Part shown: piece after piece, positions 58,673 to 64,000 of the stretch
How positions within the stretch are numbered: the first letter of the stretch is position 1
Layout of the letters: each line of letters begins with the position of its first letter
Source of the DNA: Nitrospirota bacterium
Lineage (GTDB): Bacteria; Nitrospirota; UBA9217
Direction: 5' to 3'
Assembly (NCBI GenBank): GCA_029858565.1
Contig: JAOUEV010000001.1
Span: 1 to 64,000, forward strand
Length of the DNA: 64,000 bases
Made by a program: the position numbers and the translations under genes
The notes under the pieces: model-generated
What the model was told of the DNA's origin: nothing
The model's database searches: none
What the model saw: the letters and a program-made list of their open reading frames with translations, nothing else

Positions 58673-59956
58673 TTATATCCGTTCCACGATCATCGCCCCT
58701 CCCTGGCCGCCGCCGATGCACATGGTGGCAAGTCCGGTCGCAAGATTTCTCCGCTCCATTTCCTTGAGCAGCGTGATCACGATACGCATCCCCGATGATC
58801 CCACTGGATGGCCAAGGGCGATTGCTCCGCCGTTCACGTTCATGATGTCCCTCCGGAACTCGCCGATCGGCTGCTCACCGGGAAGATGTCTCCGGAAGAA
58901 CTGTTCAGATGCAGCGGCCTTTTCGCAGGCGATGACCTGGGCAGCGAATGCTTCGTTCAGTTCGATCAGCTCCATGTCTGACAGCTTCATTCCCGCCAGC
59001 TTCAGCACTTTATTTGTGGCAAATACAGGTCCGAGCCCCATGCGTGAGGGATCGTTCCCCGCAAACGCATAGGCCCTGATCCTGCCCAGGGGCTTCAGGC
59101 CCAATTCCCGGGCGCGGTCTCCGCTCATCACAAGGGCCGCGGCAGCCCCGTCGGTAATGGGCGATGAGTTTCCGGGCGTCACGGTGCCGGTCTTTCTATC
59201 AAAATAGGGCTTCAGTTTTTCCAGATCGTCCATGGTCTGGTGCTTGCGAGGCCCCACGTCCTCTTCAACTGCCTCGAACTTCGGCGGGACATAAAAGGGA
59301 GCGATCTCGTTCCTGAACTTTCCCGCTTCGTTCGCGGCCGACCATTTCTGATGGCTCCAGAGGGAGAACTCATCCTGCTCTTTTCGCGAGATAGCGAAGT
59401 CCTGTACCAGATTTTCCGCGGTCTGGCCCATATTAAAGCCCGACACCGGGTCAGTGAGCCCCAGGGTGAGCCCGACGACCGGCACAAGGTCCGGCGGCCT
59501 GATGGCCAGACCGGCGATGACCTTTTCCCAGAGGGTCTTGGACCTGCCGATGGCCGTGAATATGTCTTTCAGCCGCTTGGTGGTGTAGAACCCGAAGTTG
59601 GACATGGATTCAACGCCTGCGGTCAACACTACATCCGATAGACCGGAAACGATCTGGGCATATGCGCTCGACAGGGCCTGCATGCCGGACGCGCAGTTCC
59701 GTTGCACGCTGTAGGCGGGGATGGGCTGCGGGATCCCTGCGCGCAACGCGATCACCCGCGCGATGTTCGCGGCTTCAGCGGGCATGCCCGCATTTCCCAC
59801 GATCACCTCGTCCACGATCTTGGGATCAATGCCCGTTCGAGCAACGATCTCTTTTATCACAAAGGCCCCAAGCGTGTCAGCGGTCACGTTCTTGAGAACA
59901 GTGCCGGATTTCGCGTAGGGAGTTCTTACCCCGTCTATGATGACGATGTTCTTCAT
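58673..59956 (-). CDS. fadI: Acetyl-CoA C-acyltransferase (thiolase)
   Basis: NCASG, NEAFA, GHPVG, CIGGGQG. Confidence 0.9.
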   Translation of the reverse strand: MKNIVIIDGVRTPYAKSGTVLKNVTADTLGAFVIKEIVARTGIDPKIVDEVIVGNAGMPAEAANIARVIALRAGIPQPIPAYSVQRNCASGMQALSSAYAQIVSGLSDVVLTAGVESMSNFGFYTTKRLKDIFTAIGRSKTLWEKVIAGLAIRPPDLVPVVGLTLGLTDPVSGFNMGQTAENLVQDFAISRKEQDEFSLWSHQKWSAANEAGKFRNEIAPFYVPPKFEAVEEDVGPRKHQTMDDLEKLKPYFDRKTGTVTPGNSSPITDGAAAALVMSGDRARELGLKPLGRIRAYAFAGNDPSRMGLGPVFATNKVLKLAGMKLSDMELIELNEAFAAQVIACEKAAASEQFFRRHLPGEQPIGEFRRDIMNVNGGAIALGHPVGSSGMRIVITLLKEMERRNLATGLATMCIGGGQGGAMIVERI

Positions 59957-61665
59957 CAGATCTTCTCCCTGATCCCCAGCTTCGCCCGCTCCTCGTCCCG
60001 CAGCACCCGCCGCAGGACCTTGCCGACCAGGGTCTTGGGCAGTTGGTCGCGGAACTCCACTTCCTTCGGCACTTTGAATTTCGATAGTTCCTGACGGCAG
60101 TATTCGATGATCTCATCGGGCGTTGCAGTGACACCTTCCTTGAGAACGATGTATGCCTTTATCTTCTCCCCCAGGAACTCTTCGTGAGGCACGCCCACGA
60201 CAACCGCTTCCTTGACCTTGGGATGGCTGTAAAGCACCTCTTCCACCTCGCGGGGATAAACATTTTCGCCAACGGTCTTGATCATGTCCTTGATCCGGTC
60301 CACGATCATGAAATAGCCGTCCTCATCGCGCTTCGCGATGTCGCCCGTATGGAGCCAGCCGCCCCGCAGCGCCTGGGCGGTCTCTTCCGGCTTGTTCCAG
60401 TATCCCTGCATCATCTGGGGTCCCCGGACCACCAGTTCTCCGACCTCGCCCACGGCCAGTTCCCGGAGCCCGGTCTCGAGATCCATGATACGGGCATCCG
60501 TGTCAGGCCAGGGAAGTCCGATGGTGCCCGGTTTTCTTCTGCCGAAAATGGGATTGGCATGGGTCACCGGAGAGGCCTCGGACAAGCCATAGCCTTCCAC
60601 GATGCGCGATTTCGTCAGTTGCTCGAACCGCTCCTGCACTTCCTTCATAAGCGGACCGGCCCCGCTGATGGCGGCCTTGATGGACGTGAGATCGTAATTA
60701 TGTGTCTTCATGTAGTTCCCGATGGCGAGGTACATCGCCTGGATCCCCGGGAAGATGGTCGGCCGTTTCTTGTGGACGACCTGCAGCACCTCCTTGGTAT
60801 GGAACTTGGGAAGCAGGATCAGTTCGGCCCCGATGGTGATCCCGAAGTTCATGGCCGTGGTCATGCCGTAAACGTGGAAGAAGGGGATCACCGAGAGTAT
60901 GCGCTCCTCGCCTTCGTTCCGGATGGTGAGCCAGGCGCGGCATTGCGTCGCGTTCACGACCAGGTTCCGGTGGGTCAGGACCGCGCCCTTCGGAATACCG
61001 GTGGTGCCGCCGGTGTATTGCAGGATCGCGATGTCATCGGCCTTTACCACGGCAGCGGGCGCGGTGTCGTATCCTGATCTGACCAGCTGCAAAAAATCAT
61101 GGATCGGAGCAATGCGCTTCACCGGCACCCACTGCTTCTCCAGCATTGCCTTGAGCGGATAGAGCAGGTTGAGCGGGAAGGGCAGGTAATCCTTGATGCC
61201 GCAGAGGACCAGGGCCTTTACCGCGACCCGGGGGAGCACCGGTGCGATGACGGGGTAGAACATGTCCACGGCTACCAGCACCTTCGCGCCGCTGTCACGG
61301 AGCTGAACCTCGAGCTCATGGGAATGGTACAGGGGATTCGTAGCGACCGCGATGGCGCCGATCCGGAGCGTTGCGTAATAGGCAATGACCATCTGCGGGA
61401 TGTTCGGCAGCATAAGAGCGACACGATCGCCCTTGGATACGCCAAGGTGCATCAGTCCGTGCGCGAAACGGTTCACCAGGCGGTCGAGCTCCTGGTAGGT
61501 GATCCTGGCACCGAAGAAGGAAAGTGCCGTATGGTCAGGGAACTTTCGAGCGGTCTCGGCAAGTACGCCGCCCAGAGACAGATCAGGATACACAAGCGAT
61601 CCGCTGATACCGGGTTCGTAGAAATTCACCCACGGTCGGTCGGTTCTGGTCTCCAGGGCTGTCAT
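59956..61665 (-). CDS. fadD: Long-chain-fatty-acid--CoA ligase
   Basis: YTGGTTGIPKG, EGYGLSE, WLHTGDI, DRIKDMI, LPKTLVGK. Confidence 0.93.
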   Translation of the reverse strand: MTALETRTDRPWVNFYEPGISGSLVYPDLSLGGVLAETARKFPDHTALSFFGARITYQELDRLVNRFAHGLMHLGVSKGDRVALMLPNIPQMVIAYYATLRIGAIAVATNPLYHSHELEVQLRDSGAKVLVAVDMFYPVIAPVLPRVAVKALVLCGIKDYLPFPLNLLYPLKAMLEKQWVPVKRIAPIHDFLQLVRSGYDTAPAAVVKADDIAILQYTGGTTGIPKGAVLTHRNLVVNATQCRAWLTIRNEGEERILSVIPFFHVYGMTTAMNFGITIGAELILLPKFHTKEVLQVVHKKRPTIFPGIQAMYLAIGNYMKTHNYDLTSIKAAISGAGPLMKEVQERFEQLTKSRIVEGYGLSEASPVTHANPIFGRRKPGTIGLPWPDTDARIMDLETGLRELAVGEVGELVVRGPQMMQGYWNKPEETAQALRGGWLHTGDIAKRDEDGYFMIVDRIKDMIKTVGENVYPREVEEVLYSHPKVKEAVVVGVPHEEFLGEKIKAYIVLKEGVTATPDEIIEYCRQELSKFKVPKEVEFRDQLPKTLVGKVLRRVLRDEERAKLGIREKI

Positions 61666-61821
61666 CGTATCCACCCCCCATTCCGAGCGCCGGCACCCAC
61701 GAGGCTACCGGTGTTGATCGAAGATAAATATTGTCCTCGATATCTATTCCTAGTATAGCACAGCGCGGTCTCAAATTGCGATCAACGCAAAGTGCAAAGC
61801 CCTGCTCATCGCAGCGCCTAG

Positions 61822-63379
61822 GAGTCTGTCGGACTTAGCAATCTGATCCGACGACTGTTTGAACCAATTTCTAGAATCATCAGCCTTATGATCGGTTCTC
61901 TTTGATCAAATATGGTTCTGATTTGTTCTTTCTTATCGATTCAACTCAAGGTATGCAGCCTTTTTAAGTTCCAGGCGATGCAAACGAGGTCCCATTCGCC
62001 TTGTACGGCTACGAAACCGCGCAGCAGGAACTGCCGGAAGCCCATAACCGCTTTGATGATGCCGAAGACCGGTTCCACCGTGCTCTTGCGTTTGGCATAG
62101 ACCTTTTTGCCTGCTTGAGTCCGGAGACGATGCTTCATCCTGGTGACCGCATCGGCATCAGGCGGCGGTGGCAACGGTTCACGGAACCGATCCAAGAGCG
62201 GCTGGTTATGCTGATCCCGGCCAAAAGCAAGGTACGGCGTAATCTTGTTCTTCTCGCAGGCACCGACGTTGGCTTCGCTGTAGAAACCGTTGTCGGTGAT
62301 AATTGCATCCACCGTGCCGAGTTCTTCGGGTAATGCAGCGAGGTTTTCGATTGTCGGTTCCACTTCGCGCTTATCGTTTGTCTGTTGGGTTACATGGCTG
62401 GCGACGATCATCATGGATTCGATATCAACACCAGCCTGAGCATTGTAAGCCTGTTCAAAGCCGCCGCCGGACTTCTTCATGATCCGGGATTCGCCGTCCG
62501 TCAGGTTGACCTGGTCTTTGCCTTGGATACCGGGTTCGGGAGGTTCCGGTTTTCGGCCACGAGACTTTTTGCCGGTTTGCTGTTCTTTTTCAGCGCGCTC
62601 GGCCAGCTTTTTATCATAGGCTTCTTTTTCCTGGGCAAAACGCTCTGCGGCCCGCCGTTCGATCTCGGCTTTGGCGTTGGCTATGGCCTTGAGACGCTCG
62701 GTCCGCCGGGATAGTTCTTCCGGGATGCTAATTCCATCCGGTAGATCAGCCTGATCAGCTGCTTCGGCCTGGCGGAGAAGCTCGGCAACTTCTGCCTTGA
62801 GCTGTTCTTCGAGTTTGCATGCGTGGGCATAGCTCAGGGCTTTATGCTTCGAGGCATTTGCCTTGACCTTGGTCCCGTCAAGACTGACAGTGCCCAGCTT
62901 CAAGACCCCCGCCTGTCCGGCGATCAGGAGGATCTGGACGAACAGCGGCTTGAGCTGCGACAGAAACCGCTTCCGGAAAACGGCGATAGTGTCATGATCC
63001 GGATGCGTATTTGCAGCAATGAATCGGAAGGCAACCGAATCATAGGTGCTCCGCTCCAGTTTCCGGCTGGAGAACACCCCAGTGGCGTATCCATAGAACA
63101 GAAGGGCCAGAAGCATCTCGGGATTATATGGCTGGGAACCGCGCCCCGCATATGCGGCTTTCAAAGAGCTGAGATCGAGCTGATCCAAGATCTCGACGAC
63201 GAATCGGGCCAGGTGATCTTCGGGCAGCCAGTCCTGAAGCGACGGCGGCAGCAAATAGAGTGTTGATTGATCGTAATTGATAAACTTTGCGCTCATTTCT
63301 GTTCAACCTCGCTACGTGCGATTGAATAGCTGAGCGGACTATAACATATTTGATTTAGTCGGGAAAGTCCGACAGACTC
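61822..63379 (-). mobile_element. IS1182-family insertion sequence (1558 bp)
   Basis: Perfect 15-bp TIRs GAGTCTGTCGGACTT / AAGTCCGACAGACTC; CTAG direct repeats at 61818-61821 and 63380-63383. Confidence 0.93.
61941..63296 (-). CDS. IS1182-family DDE transposase
   Basis: LLPPSL..W, FSSRKLE, PDHDTI, LDGTKVKANAS, QAYNAQ, DNGF, VEPVFG. Confidence 0.93.
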   Translation of the reverse strand: MSAKFINYDQSTLYLLPPSLQDWLPEDHLARFVVEILDQLDLSSLKAAYAGRGSQPYNPEMLLALLFYGYATGVFSSRKLERSTYDSVAFRFIAANTHPDHDTIAVFRKRFLSQLKPLFVQILLIAGQAGVLKLGTVSLDGTKVKANASKHKALSYAHACKLEEQLKAEVAELLRQAEAADQADLPDGISIPEELSRRTERLKAIANAKAEIERRAAERFAQEKEAYDKKLAERAEKEQQTGKKSRGRKPEPPEPGIQGKDQVNLTDGESRIMKKSGGGFEQAYNAQAGVDIESMMIVASHVTQQTNDKREVEPTIENLAALPEELGTVDAIITDNGFYSEANVGACEKNKITPYLAFGRDQHNQPLLDRFREPLPPPPDADAVTRMKHRLRTQAGKKVYAKRKSTVEPVFGIIKAVMGFRQFLLRGFVAVQGEWDLVCIAWNLKRLHTLS

Positions 63380-63478
63380 CTAGGCAGTTGATAGCATGGC
63401 TTTATTTCGTATATCGAGTGGTGCAGATTGCGTTGCAGATGACTTCCGGGGCAGGAAAAGAATGACGAGCCGAAATGA

Positions 63479-64000
63479 TCAGCGTGATGGTCTGCGGGGC
63501 GGGCGGCCTCCGCCCGGACCCGAGCGGTGCCGGGGCGGGGGAGCGCTCTGCCGCTTTTGTTCAGCCTGTTGGCGTTCTTCGGCAGTGCGACGGATCTCCT
63601 TATGGTACATATCGTCGGTCGCCCAGCCCGTAGGGACTTTCTGGCCGATGTACGCTTCGATGGCTTCGAGGGAATAGACATACTCTTCGCAGGCAAGACT
63701 GATCGCTTTGCCCTCGGCACCGGCCCGGCCGGTCCTGCCGATGCGGTGCACATAGTCCTCGGCGTCCTGGGGAAGGTCGTAATTGATGACGTGGGTGATG
63801 CCTTCGACATGGATACCCCGGCTCGCGACATCGGTAGCCACGAGGACCGGCAGCCGGCCACCCTTGAAATCGTCGAGAAGCTTGAGGCGCTTCTTCTGAA
63901 GTATCTCCCCGGTGATCGCGGCGGCCTTCCAATTGTTCCTGATGAGGCGCTCAACGACCATTTCAGCTGCGCGGCGCGTGTTCACGAAGACGATCGCGCG
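63479..64000 (-). CDS. DEAD/DEAH-box RNA helicase, C-terminal part (RhlB-like; 5' part outside window)
   Basis: VFVNT, LVATDVASRG, YDLP..EDYVHRIGRTGRAG, basic tail. Confidence 0.92.
   Translation of the reverse strand, partial: RAIVFVNTRRAAEMVVERLIRNNWKAAAITGEILQKKRLKLLDDFKGGRLPVLVATDVASRGIHVEGITHVINYDLPQDAEDYVHRIGRTGRAGAEGKAISLACEEYVYSLEAIEAYIGQKVPTGWATDDMYHKEIRRTAEERQQAEQKRQSAPPPRHRSGPGGGRPPRRPSR

Overview
Bacterial chromosomal window. The gene style suggests an anaerobic Gram-negative of the Nitrospirota or Desulfobacterota type; this is inference only. 1-15.2 kb holds the 3' end of tuf and the full S10-spc-alpha ribosomal protein superoperon, which lacks adk. 15.8-22.9 kb is a five-gene signalling operon: a lone PhnD-like binding lipoprotein, a CxxCH haem-c membrane 'kinase' whose phosphoacceptor His is replaced by Tyr, a REC-GAF-HD-GYP protein, a soluble PAS-PAS kinase and a sigma54 NtrC-type activator. 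The rest, in order: porin, beta-barrel and Cys-rich lipoprotein genes; folD and a cyclohydrolase; a candidate ~75-nt sRNA divergent from ccdA-merR; moaDE, htpX, lemA, mqnD and mqnB; aroCKB; an octahaem HAO-like cytochrome; cheV-hpt; a decayed chromate-resistance cluster with two internally deleted genes; housekeeping genes; fadD-fadI-fadJ; an intact IS1182-family element; and the 3' part of a DEAD-box helicase. The best novelty candidates are the DivL-like haem pseudokinase module and the sRNA, whose promoter shares a 19-bp Crp/Fnr-like box with the octahaem cytochrome promoter. All calls come from reading the sequence and motifs by eye; no database searches were run.
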